From a candidate division WOR-3 bacterium (GTDB lineage Bacteria; Hydrothermota; Hydrothermia; B15-G9; WFZT01): DNA of 37,225 bases. Positions 28,392-37,225 of this stretch are shown here, piece after piece (within the stretch, counting starts at the first letter, position 1; every line of letters starts with the position of its first letter). The stretch is from positions 1 to 37,225 of the forward strand of contig JALUEE010000069.1 in assembly GCA_027053075.1 (NCBI GenBank). Reading direction: 5' to 3'. Position numbers and translations under genes: made by a program. Below the pieces are notes generated by a model. The model was not told the origin of the DNA. It searched no databases and saw only the letters and a list, made by a program, of their open reading frames with translations.

Positions 28392-29322
28392 ATTCTTTCA
28401 GGATTCTTGAAACAACGGTGTTTATGACGGTTTCTTCATCACCTTTCATCCTGAGTCCTGCGGCATTAATGTGGCCACCACCTCCGAACTCCTCAGCAAT
28501 TGCTGCGAGATCCACTCGATTTTTGCCCCTGAGGCTAACCTTCCAGAAATTGTCGTCTGCCTCTGTAAATTTTATCCCCACCGCCACATCATCCACAGAT
28601 AGGGGGTATGTGACAAAGCTCTGGGCATCCTGGGAGTCAGTTCCTGTCATTTCAAAAAACTCTTTTCGCAGGACAATGTATGCGATTTTATCCTCTACCA
28701 CGGTCAGGGTGTTTAACGCAAGCGATAGGAGTTTGAAAACTTCGAGCCTCTTCCTCAAGAAGATTTTCTGTGCTATTTCCTGACAGTCTATCCCCTTACC
28801 TGAGAGGTAAAGGGCTGTCTCAAAGGACTTTTTGAAATCCCTTCCATACTTAAATCCACCGGTATCTGTTAGCAAACCTGCGTAAAGGGGCTCGGCCACT
28901 TCCTTTGTAATTCCTTCTTCATCGTATTCCTTAAGGATATCAACTATCAGCGCTGTTGTGCTCGGTGCAGTCTCGTTAATATAATCAAAATCCCCGTAAT
29001 TTGTCCCTGTTTTGTGATGGTCTATCCTTGCGAGGGTCCCAAAATTCAGGTTGTCAAATCCTGTTCTCGTTATGTCGCTAACATCAAGAAGAAGCAAGAG
29101 GTCATAATAATTTGAAGGTGTTTTCTTGATTTCCTCAACCCCCGGGAGAAACTGAAACAGGTAGGGAATGTCGTCTTTGAGAACAGCCTCCACGTTGGGC
29201 TTATATTTCTTCAGAAAGTTGTACATACCGAGGACACTGCCGATGGCATCTCCATCGGGGTCAAAATGGGATATAATGCCGATCTTACCCTCTTCTCGCT
29301 TTATTCTATCAACTATGCTCAT
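28384..29322 (-). CDS. nrnA: DHH/DHHA1 phosphoesterase (NanoRNase/pAp phosphatase NrnA-like)
   Basis: SH..PDGDAIGS, LLDVS, IDHH, GLLTDTGGF, VSLR, GGGGH..AAG. ATG 29322 is preferred over TTG 29355. Confidence 0.88.
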   Translation of the reverse strand: MSIVDRIKREEGKIGIISHFDPDGDAIGSVLGMYNFLKKYKPNVEAVLKDDIPYLFQFLPGVEEIKKTPSNYYDLLLLLDVSDITRTGFDNLNFGTLARIDHHKTGTNYGDFDYINETAPSTTALIVDILKEYDEEGITKEVAEPLYAGLLTDTGGFKYGRDFKKSFETALYLSGKGIDCQEIAQKIFLRKRLEVFKLLSLALNTLTVVEDKIAYIVLRKEFFEMTGTDSQDAQSFVTYPLSVDDVAVGIKFTEADDNFWKVSLRGKNRVDLAAIAEEFGGGGHINAAGLRMKGDEETVINTVVSRILKEFE

Positions 29323-29331
29323 GAGCGGGAA

Positions 29332-29360
29332 ATAATAAGCTCTCACAAATGGCAATTCAA
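29332..29360 (-). promoter_or_regulatory. Putative sigma70 promoter of the nrnA operon (leaderless-type)
   Basis: Minus strand: TTGAAT (29360-29355), 17 nt, TATTAT (29337-29332), 9 nt, ATG 29322. Confidence 0.55.
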
Positions 29361-29365
29361 GTCAT

Positions 29366-30352
29366 CTATACAAGGGGAAGATTTGGTGAAGCACTGATAT
29401 CTAACGGCGAGGATTCGCCCCTTTCAAACCTTTTCAATGCCACGGCACCTATCATGGCCGCATTATCTGTGCAGTAACGGGGTTCTGGAAAAACAAGTTT
29501 ATCCCCAAAGTGCTCTTTAAAAACCTCTCTCAATCGTGAATTCATGGATACTCCTCCAACTACCGCAATAACCGGAGGTTTAAATTCTTCAAATGCCATC
29601 TGGGCTTTATCGAGCAACATATCAACAATCGCCTCCTGGTAGCTTGCCGCTATATCTGCGAGGTGGGATTTAATAAAATCTTCATCCTGCTTCCTCAAAT
29701 AATAGAGAAGCGAGGTCTTGAGTCCTGAAAAGCTGAAGGTATATCCCGGTGTTTTTGCCCTCGGGAATTTATGAAAATTCCTGTCACCTTCTTTACTTAA
29801 CCTGTCTATCACAGGGCCCGAGGGATATGGGAGTCCTAGGAGCTTACCGCCCTTATCAAAGGCCTCTCCTGCAGCATCATCCATGGTTCGCCCCAGATAC
29901 CGGTATTTGAAGAAATCTTCCATGTAAATCAGCTCCGTGTGCCCCCCCGAAACAAGAAGGTACAGAATGGGAGGCTTGAGGTCAGGATAACTGAGGAAAA
30001 TGGAGAAAAGATGGCCTTCGAGGTGATTTACTCCCAAAAAGGGAATACCAAGGGCCTGGGCAAGGGTTTTGCCGAAAACTACACCTACAAGCAGGGACCC
30101 AATGAGCCCGGGACCACGGGTAAAGGCTACCCCCTCGAGCTCTTTCAACTCCACACCTGCACGCTCGAGCGCAAGCCTGGTGAGGGGATAGATCAACCTT
30201 ATATGTGCGCGCGATGCCAGCTCTGGTACCACTCCTCCAAATTTTGCATGCTCAATGTGAGTCTGTGTCACATTTGAAAGCACCTTAAAACCCGACTCCA
30301 GAACGGCAACTGAGGTCTCATCACACGATGTCTCAATGGCAACAATTTTCAT
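29366..30352 (-). CDS. tsaD: tRNA N6-adenosine threonylcarbamoyltransferase TsaD
   Basis: IETSCDET, GGVVPELASRAH, GPGLIGSL, NHLEGH, VSGGHT, DDAAGEAFDK, SFSGLKT, CTDNAAMI. Confidence 0.97.
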   Translation of the reverse strand: MKIVAIETSCDETSVAVLESGFKVLSNVTQTHIEHAKFGGVVPELASRAHIRLIYPLTRLALERAGVELKELEGVAFTRGPGLIGSLLVGVVFGKTLAQALGIPFLGVNHLEGHLFSIFLSYPDLKPPILYLLVSGGHTELIYMEDFFKYRYLGRTMDDAAGEAFDKGGKLLGLPYPSGPVIDRLSKEGDRNFHKFPRAKTPGYTFSFSGLKTSLLYYLRKQDEDFIKSHLADIAASYQEAIVDMLLDKAQMAFEEFKPPVIAVVGGVSMNSRLREVFKEHFGDKLVFPEPRYCTDNAAMIGAVALKRFERGESSPLDISASPNLPLV

Positions 30353-30361
30353 AGCTGGGGT

Positions 30362-30390
30362 AATTTAAGACACCAGCTCTTTTATGTCAA
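30362..30390 (-). promoter_or_regulatory. Putative sigma70 promoter of tsaD (leaderless-type)
   Basis: Minus strand: TTGACA (30390-30385), 17 nt, TAAATT (30367-30362), 9 nt, ATG 30352; no SD. Confidence 0.65.
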
Positions 30391-30394
30391 CTGT

Positions 30395-30775
30395 AGAGCG
30401 AGTGTGTTCGAATATTTCCAAACGAAAAACTCCTCTCCCCGCATAAAAACCTGCGAGGATAAAGAAGAGGGGCCACACATTTCAATGGAGACAAAACTTA
30501 CTTCCTAACTCAGAGGTAAATGGTCTTCATCTTAAATTTTAATCTTCGAACGGAATGCCCACTCCCGTTGCCCTGCCCCCACTTGCTTTGCAAGTGGGGG
30601 CAGGGCAAACTTAGAACCAAATATTTCGCGTGTAGATTATAGCTTTTAGAACAGACTAACTGTAAAACGGCATATTGGGGACAGGTATTACTTTTTGCCC
30701 CCTTTCCGGCCTTCCCACACGCACGAAGTGTGTGGGAAGGGGTCAAGCAGGATAGACTTCCTTCCGGCAATGATT
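30395..30775. repeat. Composite palindromic intergenic element, copy 2
   Basis: TCCTCTCCCCGCATAAA at 30431-30447, perfect 19-bp stem at 30568-30608, 11-bp stem at 30710-30740. Inverted homolog of 30-381. Confidence 0.8.
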
Positions 30776-30864
30776 GGTTTCATACAAGTCCATTTCCCCC
30801 CAACTATCTTTCCCGGAGCGAACTTCGAGTACATTTCATAGGGCAAATCTACGTCCCCAGACCC

Positions 30865-31929
30865 TCACCCCTTCTTTTCTCCAAGTCTGTACAGGAGAGA
30901 GGTGAGCATAAGAGCATCTGCATCGTCCACATAGCCCATGTGACCAATTCTGAAAATCTTTCCCTTCATACTCCCCTGTCCAGGAGCAATTTTTACCCCA
31001 TGAGAATCGAAAAATCCGATAATTTCCACATCAGTCATTCTACGAGGCACTTCAAGGGCAGTGAGATTTATCGCCGGTGATTTTGAAAACAGCTTAAATC
31101 CCGCATCAATAGCCCCTTTCCTGACAATCTTTGCAATCCTTCTGTGCCTCTCCTCTACCCTTTCAATCCCCTCTTTTAGAATCATATCAAGTGCTACATC
31201 AAGCCCGAGTATCAGTCCCACGGCAGGGGTAAAAAGTGGCCTCGCCTTTGCCTGTGTCTCATACTCCTTTTTTACATCAAAATAAAATTTCGGGAATTTC
31301 GAAGTCTCAAGAGCACGCTCGGCTTCCTTTGAAAACCATAAGAATGAGAGGCCCGGTGGCAGCATCAGCCCCTTCTGCGAGCCCCACACGAGAACATCGA
31401 TCCCCCACCCCTCAGGTGAAATTTTATAAACCCCAAAGCTCGAGACAGCATCCACAACAAGCAGCGTCTCAGGTGGCTTTACCTTACCTAAAAATTTCAC
31501 ATCATGCTCCGTTCCCGTGGATGTCTCTGTATGCTGAACAAAAACACCCCGATATCCCCTCTTTAGCCTCACCTCAACCTCATCTTTATCAAAAGTGTGA
31601 CCATAAGGATATTCAAGGCAATCCACTTCAAGTCCATAGGTCTTTGTGATATTGCACCACCTCTCACCAAACTTCCCGGCCGTAATCACAAGCACTCGCT
31701 CTCCGGGGGAGAAAAAGTTGATTACTGCGGCAACCATAGCACCTGTTCCAGAGGATGTAAAAATCACCGGGTCTCTTTGAGAATCTATAAGCTGCCTGAG
31801 CTTTCCTCTCACCCTCAAAAAAACTTCTTTAAATTCAGGCTTCCTGTGATGTGGGATTGGACTACCAAGAGCTCTTAAAACCTCCGGTGGCACCTCTGTG
31901 GGGCCTGGTGTGAAAAGCCTCTTTTTCAT
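30865..31929 (-). CDS. Class V PLP aminotransferase (alanine-glyoxylate/serine-pyruvate family), probable phosphoserine aminotransferase by context
   Basis: LFTPGPTEVP, SSGTGAM, GKFGERW, QHTETSTG, VDAVSS, GSQKGLMLPPGL, FRIGHMG; follows serA. Confidence 0.88.
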   Translation of the reverse strand: MKKRLFTPGPTEVPPEVLRALGSPIPHHRKPEFKEVFLRVRGKLRQLIDSQRDPVIFTSSGTGAMVAAVINFFSPGERVLVITAGKFGERWCNITKTYGLEVDCLEYPYGHTFDKDEVEVRLKRGYRGVFVQHTETSTGTEHDVKFLGKVKPPETLLVVDAVSSFGVYKISPEGWGIDVLVWGSQKGLMLPPGLSFLWFSKEAERALETSKFPKFYFDVKKEYETQAKARPLFTPAVGLILGLDVALDMILKEGIERVEERHRRIAKIVRKGAIDAGFKLFSKSPAINLTALEVPRRMTDVEIIGFFDSHGVKIAPGQGSMKGKIFRIGHMGYVDDADALMLTSLLYRLGEKKG

Positions 31930-33500
31930 AGCGAAACGTAGGCAACATTGGTTATATACGGAAGCTTCTTGAGTTCTTTTAGAAGCTCCCGACTGGGTTT
32001 CTTATCAAGCTTCAAAATCCCGAGTCCCAGCTTTCTCCTTGTAAAATACCTCAGGTCCGATATGTTGTATCCGCTGGACGCAATCTTAAAACCCACCTCA
32101 CCGATAATTCCGGGAGTATCAACTGTTTCAAAAAACAGTAGCTCGCCACGCGGCTCAATTTCAAACCAGAAATCCTTGATGTTCAGTATCCTGTAGTACT
32201 TCTCATCAAAAACACTCCCGGCTATCTTGTTCTTGCTCCCGTTGTACCCCTTCACAATCATGATATTCTTGAAGTTGTGCAGGCCATCGCCAGTTTTAAC
32301 AATCAACTCAATTCCCTTTTCTTTTGCGAGATAGGGGGCATTAATCTCATTGACATGTGCATCGGTAATCTGGGACATTAAACCCTTCAAAAAATAGGCC
32401 TTAACAATATCTTTGAGATTTTTTGCACTCCCCAAAAGCTCAATCTCAATAACTGCAGTCTTCAGGCCAAAGAGTGCCGGGAACAGCCGCCCCATCCTCT
32501 CAGCAAGTTTTTTATAGGCCTTAACAAATGGAGTAACAGCAGACTCCTGAAGCGGGAAGTTGACCGGACTCTTGACTTCACGCCCCCGCAACGCGTTTAT
32601 TACATCATTCACCACCATACTGGCCACATTTTCCATTGCCTCATGGGTATTTGCCCCTATGTGAGGAGTAAGACTCATAAATGGAAAATCTTTTATAGGG
32701 AAATCTTCAGGAGGTTCTTCAGGATACACATCGAGTGCAAATGCCCTTACCTTACCCTTTTTAACTGCCTCAAAAAGTGCCTCATGGTCAACAATTCCAC
32801 CCCGTGCAATATTTAGAATGACCACTCCGTCTTTCATCTTCTCAAACTCACTCTTTGAAATCATACCCCGCGTTTCATCCGTGAGAGGTGCATGGATGGT
32901 GATGATATCCGCAATCTCGAGGAGTTCATCTAACTTTTTCAATAGCTTTACGTGCAGATTCTCCGCCTTTGATTCTGGAATATACGGGTCGTATGCATAG
33001 ACCTTCATTCCAAACGCCTGGGCCCTGCGCGCCACCTCAGAGCCAATCCTGCCAAGACCGATTATTCCAAGATTTTTACCATAGAGCTCATGGCCAAATA
33101 GCTTTTTCTTTCTCCACTCATTTTTGAGAATTCCATCATGCCCATAGGGAATCCCCCTTACAGCAGAAATCATGTGCCCGATTGTGAGCTCGGCCACGGA
33201 AATCCTGTTGCCACCAGCAGTATTGACAACCAAAATCCCGCGCCTCGATGCCTCCTCAATATCAATGCTGTCAACTCCAACACCGGCTCGCCCTATCACC
33301 TTCAGCCTCTTCGCGCGCTCTAAGAGTTCACGTGTCACAGGTGTCCGGCTGCGGGTTATAATTCCATCGTATTTATCAACAATCCGAAGAAGCTCGTCAA
33401 AGGAAATTCCCGGCTTGTAATCATACTGCACCCCCTCTCTATCAAAGATTTCAAAGGCCTTTTCTGGCAGATTGTCTGTTATTAAAACCTTCAGTTTCAT
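31926..33500 (-). CDS. serA: D-3-phosphoglycerate dehydrogenase (long form)
   Basis: [41 protein letters not shown]-terminal ASB/ACT-like region DTPGIIG. Confidence 0.93.
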   Translation of the reverse strand: MKLKVLITDNLPEKAFEIFDREGVQYDYKPGISFDELLRIVDKYDGIITRSRTPVTRELLERAKRLKVIGRAGVGVDSIDIEEASRRGILVVNTAGGNRISVAELTIGHMISAVRGIPYGHDGILKNEWRKKKLFGHELYGKNLGIIGLGRIGSEVARRAQAFGMKVYAYDPYIPESKAENLHVKLLKKLDELLEIADIITIHAPLTDETRGMISKSEFEKMKDGVVILNIARGGIVDHEALFEAVKKGKVRAFALDVYPEEPPEDFPIKDFPFMSLTPHIGANTHEAMENVASMVVNDVINALRGREVKSPVNFPLQESAVTPFVKAYKKLAERMGRLFPALFGLKTAVIEIELLGSAKNLKDIVKAYFLKGLMSQITDAHVNEINAPYLAKEKGIELIVKTGDGLHNFKNIMIVKGYNGSKNKIAGSVFDEKYYRILNIKDFWFEIEPRGELLFFETVDTPGIIGEVGFKIASSGYNISDLRYFTRRKLGLGILKLDKKPSRELLKELKKLPYITNVAYVSL

Positions 33501-34774
33501 TTTGCCTTTATTACCTCAAGCCCTCCCATGTAAGGTCTTAGAACCTCAGGGATGACAACACTTCCATCCTCCTGCTGATAATTTTCAAGAATTGCGATGA
33601 ACACACGTGGTGTGGCAAGACCCGAACCGTTCAATGTGTGCATGTATTCGACCTTCCCGTCCTTCCTTCTAAACCTTGCATTTGCCCGTCTCGCCTGAAA
33701 ATCCTCGGTGTTGGAAACAGAGGAGACCTCAAGCCATCTATTGAGCCCCGGTGCCCACGCCTCGATGTCGTAGGTTTTGGTCGCAGCAAATCCCAGGTCA
33801 CCTGTGCAAAGCTCCACAATCCTGTATGGTATCTCGAGCATCTGAAGGATTCTCTCCGCATCGTGGAGCATGGATTCAAGCTCGTCGTAAGAATCCTCTG
33901 GCCTCGTGTATTTGAAAAGCTCCACCTTGTTAAACTGGTGCACCCTTATCATACCCCTGACATCCTTTCCATAAGAGCCTGCCTCACGTCTGAAACATGA
34001 AGTGTAGGCAACATATTTCCTCGTTAAGTCCTTCTCCTGCAGTATCTCATCTCTGTGCAGGTTGGCAAGCACCACCTCAGCTGTGGGAATGAGAAAGAGT
34101 TTGTCTTCAGCAGCATAGTACATCTCCTCGCGGAACTTAGGGAGATGACCCGATGCATACATGGATTCCTCACGAACAAGATAAGGTGGATAAACCTCTT
34201 CGTAACCGTGCTCCTTTGTGTGTATATCGAGGAAGAAATTGACGAGAGCACGTTCCAGCAAGGCTCCCTCTTTTTTGTAAATTACGAATCTTGAGCCTGA
34301 AATCTTGCCTGCACGGCTAAAATCCAGAATATCCAGAATTTCTCCGAGGTCCCAGTGGGGTTTTGGAGTGAATGAAAATTCCCGTGGCTCTCCCCAGTGC
34401 CTGCTCACCACATTCTCTGTCTCGTCCCTGCCAACTGGCACACTTTCATGGGGAATGTTCGGAATCTCTAAAATTTTCTCGTTGAATACCTCCTCAATCT
34501 TCTTCCTCTCATCTGCAAGTTCCTTAATCCTGTCCCCGATCTTCCTAACCTCTTCAATAATCTGAGACGCATCCCCGCCCGCCTTTTTAATCTTTGCCAC
34601 TTCTTTGGACTTCTCGTTCCTTACCTTTCGCAGACTATCCTCTTCTTTTATGATCTCTCGACGCTTTTTATCGAGCTCCACAAGCTCGTCAACAACATCT
34701 GTTTCATAACCACGCTTTTTTAAAGCCTCTTTTATGAGCTCAGGTTTCTCCCTGAGGATTTTAACATTAATCAT
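33497..34774 (-). CDS. serS: Serine--tRNA ligase
   Basis: [67 protein letters not shown]. Confidence 0.98.
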   Translation of the reverse strand: MINVKILREKPELIKEALKKRGYETDVVDELVELDKKRREIIKEEDSLRKVRNEKSKEVAKIKKAGGDASQIIEEVRKIGDRIKELADERKKIEEVFNEKILEIPNIPHESVPVGRDETENVVSRHWGEPREFSFTPKPHWDLGEILDILDFSRAGKISGSRFVIYKKEGALLERALVNFFLDIHTKEHGYEEVYPPYLVREESMYASGHLPKFREEMYYAAEDKLFLIPTAEVVLANLHRDEILQEKDLTRKYVAYTSCFRREAGSYGKDVRGMIRVHQFNKVELFKYTRPEDSYDELESMLHDAERILQMLEIPYRIVELCTGDLGFAATKTYDIEAWAPGLNRWLEVSSVSNTEDFQARRANARFRRKDGKVEYMHTLNGSGLATPRVFIAILENYQQEDGSVVIPEVLRPYMGGLEVIKAK

Positions 34775-34821
34775 ACAAAAACCTCCCTTTGCCTGTTTTT
34801 AATCAACCGTATAATATGACC

Positions 34822-35733
34822 ATGAATTTCGAGATTGGGGATATGGACTTCGCAGTTTATCAAAGAATGCTCGCTGAATCAAATTATAAGAGCATTTTCA
34901 GGACACCGCAATTCCTCAATGTGTGGAGAGAGGGGATCAGAGGCACGGAGATCAAATTTCTCATTTCAGAAAATGCTGTAATCCCTGGTGTTATTTTTAA
35001 ACGCGGACCTCTCAGGGCCTTCTACTCCCTACCCTATCAGACTTTTGGGGGAGTTGTGGGGGATGGAGGCACTGTAGATTTCAATTTCCGGGGATTCAGT
35101 GAGGTGGCAATTGATGACCCTGAGATGAAAACAAAAATCCCCGGCTTGAAGGCCACTGAATCAACTGAGGCATTTATCGACTTAAGAGGAGGCTACAAGA
35201 GGATTTTCTCAAACTACTCCCCATCTCGGAGAAAAATTTTAAGAAAATTCAAAAAAGTTGATGTGCAGAAAATCAAATCCACAAGGGACATTGAAACCAT
35301 TTATCCACTTTATCGAAATTTTTGCGAAGAAAAGAAGATTCACTGCTTCCCTCAACGCTTCTTCCATGCCCTTTTTAACAACCTGCTTCCTGAGCACCTT
35401 TATGGATTTTTTGTCTTCATGAAAGGCTCTGCTGCTGGCTATATCATAAACGTTAGAGGATTTTGTAAAACCACTGCTTTTTCGCATGCATGGTACAGGG
35501 ATTTCAAAAATATCTCCTCGTTCCTCATGGACATTTCAATAAAAGAAGCGATACGACTTGGAGATAGGGAATTCTCCCTCGGCCTAACAGACCCAAAGCT
35601 TAGAGGTGTCTATGAATTCAAACGCAGCTTCGGGGCCGAATTTAGAAAGATGAGGACCTACTGGAAGCGCACCTTTTATCACAATCTCGCAAGGAACATA
35701 AAAACCGGGGTGAAAAAATGGATAAGATTTTAA
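34822..35733 (+). CDS. GNAT-fold protein, FemAB/Acetyltransf_6-like
   Basis: FYSLPY..FGG, IDL.GGY..IF..YS..RRK.LRK, LM..SIKEA...G...FSLG, GVYEFKRSFGA. ATG 34822 lies 6 nt after TATAAT (34810-34815). Confidence 0.75.
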   Translation: MNFEIGDMDFAVYQRMLAESNYKSIFRTPQFLNVWREGIRGTEIKFLISENAVIPGVIFKRGPLRAFYSLPYQTFGGVVGDGGTVDFNFRGFSEVAIDDPEMKTKIPGLKATESTEAFIDLRGGYKRIFSNYSPSRRKILRKFKKVDVQKIKSTRDIETIYPLYRNFCEEKKIHCFPQRFFHALFNNLLPEHLYGFFVFMKGSAAGYIINVRGFCKTTAFSHAWYRDFKNISSFLMDISIKEAIRLGDREFSLGLTDPKLRGVYEFKRSFGAEFRKMRTYWKRTFYHNLARNIKTGVKKWIRF

Positions 35734-36848
35734 TACTCTCCTGCTGGGATGACGATTTTGAGCTTGAGAGCGTAAGAGGCACTCCTGAAAATGCCTACTT
35801 TTGCGATTTTTTGAAGAAAAACAGGATGGCTTTCCGATACGTCTTTCCTTCAAAGAGGAAGGATTTCCCTCCTGAATTTATCCCTGTGAAAGCTCGACTC
35901 ATGCCTGAAAAGCGTCTCATTCGACCCATGACCTCAATTTTCAACTATTTCCTGCTAAACTCAGCAATCGTGAGAAAGGTGCGTTCACTGAAGGAGAAAT
36001 ACAGTCTGGTCTATTCCATCTGCAGCTCAACCACACTCGCTGCCAAAAAGATTGCCGAGGATCAGGGGATTCCGTTTGCTCAGAAGTTTGCAGGACTCAT
36101 ATTTTACCCCAGATTTAGCCTATTTGAGAGAATCCTTAAGGATTTCCACACATTTATGGCCCTCAGGCTCAATGCAGACAGATACTTTGTCGTGGACGAC
36201 GGCTCTGGTGGTGGTAAGGCCCTGATAAAACTTGGCATTCCAGAGGAAAAGGTGGTTAATCTTCCGAATCCAAGGCCCGAGATTGTCTATCCCAAAATGC
36301 AGAATACGGTGCCTGTTGTCGGCTGGATCGGGAGGTTCAACAAACTCAAGGGAGTCCAATTTTTACCTGAAATAATTGAGCGAGTTTTAGAAACCACCCA
36401 AAATGTGAAATTCAGAATTATTGGCTTTGGTGAGTACGAAAATTTTCTTAAATCGAGACTCCCGGCCGATAGGGTGAGTATTGAGAGGGGTGGCACATAC
36501 TTTGAGACTTTAAAGGTGTATCGGGAGCTCGATATCTTCATGAGTACCAACATTTACGCCAATCTAACCCTGCCTGTAATAGAGGCCCTGGCACACGGTG
36601 TGCCTGTGGTTGCCTTTGATGTGCCAGGGACTCGAAGAATCATAAAAGACGGTGAGAATGGTTTTGTGGTAAGGCCTTTTGATGTAGAGGAGTTTGCAGA
36701 GAGGGTAATAGAGCTGGTTAAGAATAGGGATTTGAGGAAGAGGATGGGGGGGCCAGGGCGGGAGGCTGCGCGCAGCCTCCCGCCCTGGCCCTCCCGTATC
36801 CAGTTCGAAGTCTCCGAACTCCTTAAACTGGTACAAGAGAAATCGTAG
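35718..36848 (+). CDS. Glycosyltransferase family 4 (GT-B)
   Basis: GWIGRFNKLKG, IIG.GE, IEALAHGVPVVAFDVPG..IIKDGENGFVV, LRKRMG. Confidence 0.9.
   Translation: MDKILILSCWDDDFELESVRGTPENAYFCDFLKKNRMAFRYVFPSKRKDFPPEFIPVKARLMPEKRLIRPMTSIFNYFLLNSAIVRKVRSLKEKYSLVYSICSSTTLAAKKIAEDQGIPFAQKFAGLIFYPRFSLFERILKDFHTFMALRLNADRYFVVDDGSGGGKALIKLGIPEEKVVNLPNPRPEIVYPKMQNTVPVVGWIGRFNKLKGVQFLPEIIERVLETTQNVKFRIIGFGEYENFLKSRLPADRVSIERGGTYFETLKVYRELDIFMSTNIYANLTLPVIEALAHGVPVVAFDVPGTRRIIKDGENGFVVRPFDVEEFAERVIELVKNRDLRKRMGGPGREAARSLPPWPSRIQFEVSELLKLVQEKS
36750..36791. repeat. Perfect 42-bp palindrome without spacer inside the GT4 coding sequence
   Basis: GGGCCAGGGCGGGAGGCTGCG|CGCAGCCTCCCGCCCTGGCCC, checked base by base. 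Confidence 0.95.
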
Positions 36849-36855
36849 CTCTAAA

Positions 36856-36976
36856 ACTTACACCGCTCCGACCATACCACCTTTGACAATGGCAAATTTA
36901 CTATTGAGATGAAAAGCCACAGTGAATGTTAAATTGCGAAAATATCACCTCTTTTATCCTTTTGTGCGGTGTAAGT
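36856..36976. mobile_element. Putative MITE-like element (121 bp) with 11-bp terminal inverted repeats
   Basis: ACTTACACCGC (36856-36866) and GCGGTGTAAGT (36966-36976) bracket almost the whole intergenic gap. No target duplication was identified. Confidence 0.4.
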
Positions 36977-36981
36977 GGAGT

Positions 36982-37225
36982 TAGTAGGGAAGCGATTTAA
37001 AAATTATTGACCTTTGCATTAACAAAGACACGAGAGTATAATCTACCTATGAGACCTAAAGGAAGTGCTGAAGCTTTGGAAATGCGTCGGCTAATCGTCG
37101 CACGCCTACTCCAACAAGGCAGAGGTATCCGTGAGGTAGCTCGTATGGTTGGAGTTACCCCCGCCTCCGTACTCCGCTGGAAAAAAGCACTGGAACGTGG
37201 AGGCATAGAGGCTCTGAAAGCTAAA
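36982..37225 (+). mobile_element. Left end of an IS630-family insertion sequence (runs off the window)
   Basis: Putative TA target plus left end TAGTAGGGAAGCGATTTAAAA, followed by a promoter and an HTH transposase ORF. The right end is not visible. Confidence 0.6.
37049..37225 (+). CDS. IS630-family transposase N-terminal HTH (partial)
   Basis: MRPKGSAEALEMRRLIVARLLQQGRGIREVARMVGVTPASVLRWKKALERGGIEALKAK, typical of IS630 N-termini; open to the window end. Promoter TTGCAT (37014-37019), 17 nt, TATAAT (37037-37042). Confidence 0.8.
   Translation, partial: MRPKGSAEALEMRRLIVARLLQQGRGIREVARMVGVTPASVLRWKKALERGGIEALKAK

Noticed and set aside
30510..31080. ORFs 30510-30770 (-) and 30730-31080 (+)
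   Set aside because: They translate the repeat element or run antisense to the aminotransferase and have atypical composition.
36564..36836. Minus-strand 90-aa ORF sharing GPGREAARSLPPWP with the glycosyltransferase
   Set aside because: The shared peptide is simply a consequence of the 42-bp palindrome, not evidence of a second gene.

Overview
This is a bacterial chromosomal window made up mostly of housekeeping genes, roughly 40-45% GC by eye. The Lys/Glu/Ile-rich proteins suggest a thermophile, and the PorV-like barrel and Thermotoga-like EF-P are compatible with a deep-branching diderm lineage such as WOR-3 (inference only). Gene order: panE; secD-secF-nadK-recN; stand-alone chrB-like gene; rsmG-parA-parB-porV-like-accA (minus) with a canonical parS; hutU; a lipoprotein and a beta-lactamase-family hydrolase (minus); TPR-M24 peptidase-efp-accB-tRNA nucleotidyltransferase-purF; a long minus-strand run tsaD, nrnA-prmC-hypothetical-pgeF-leuD-nucleoside kinase-SWIM/SNF2; serS-serA-class V aminotransferase (minus); GNAT plus GT4 glycosyltransferase; and the left end of an IS630-like transposase. 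The less ordinary signals are: (1) a dispersed family of composite REP/BIME-like palindromic elements filling the large intergenic gaps, including an approximately 350-bp unit present twice in inverted orientation; (2) eight genes whose start codon sits 6-9 nt after a -10 box with no clear Shine-Dalgarno, suggesting frequent leaderless transcripts; (3) a perfect 42-bp spacer-less palindrome inside the GT4 gene; (4) a 121-bp MITE-like element; (5) an Arg-type (MGRG) EF-P; (6) a hypothetical protein with a TFIIB/TFB-like C-terminus. No rRNA, tRNA or CRISPR array was seen. All alignments were done by eye.
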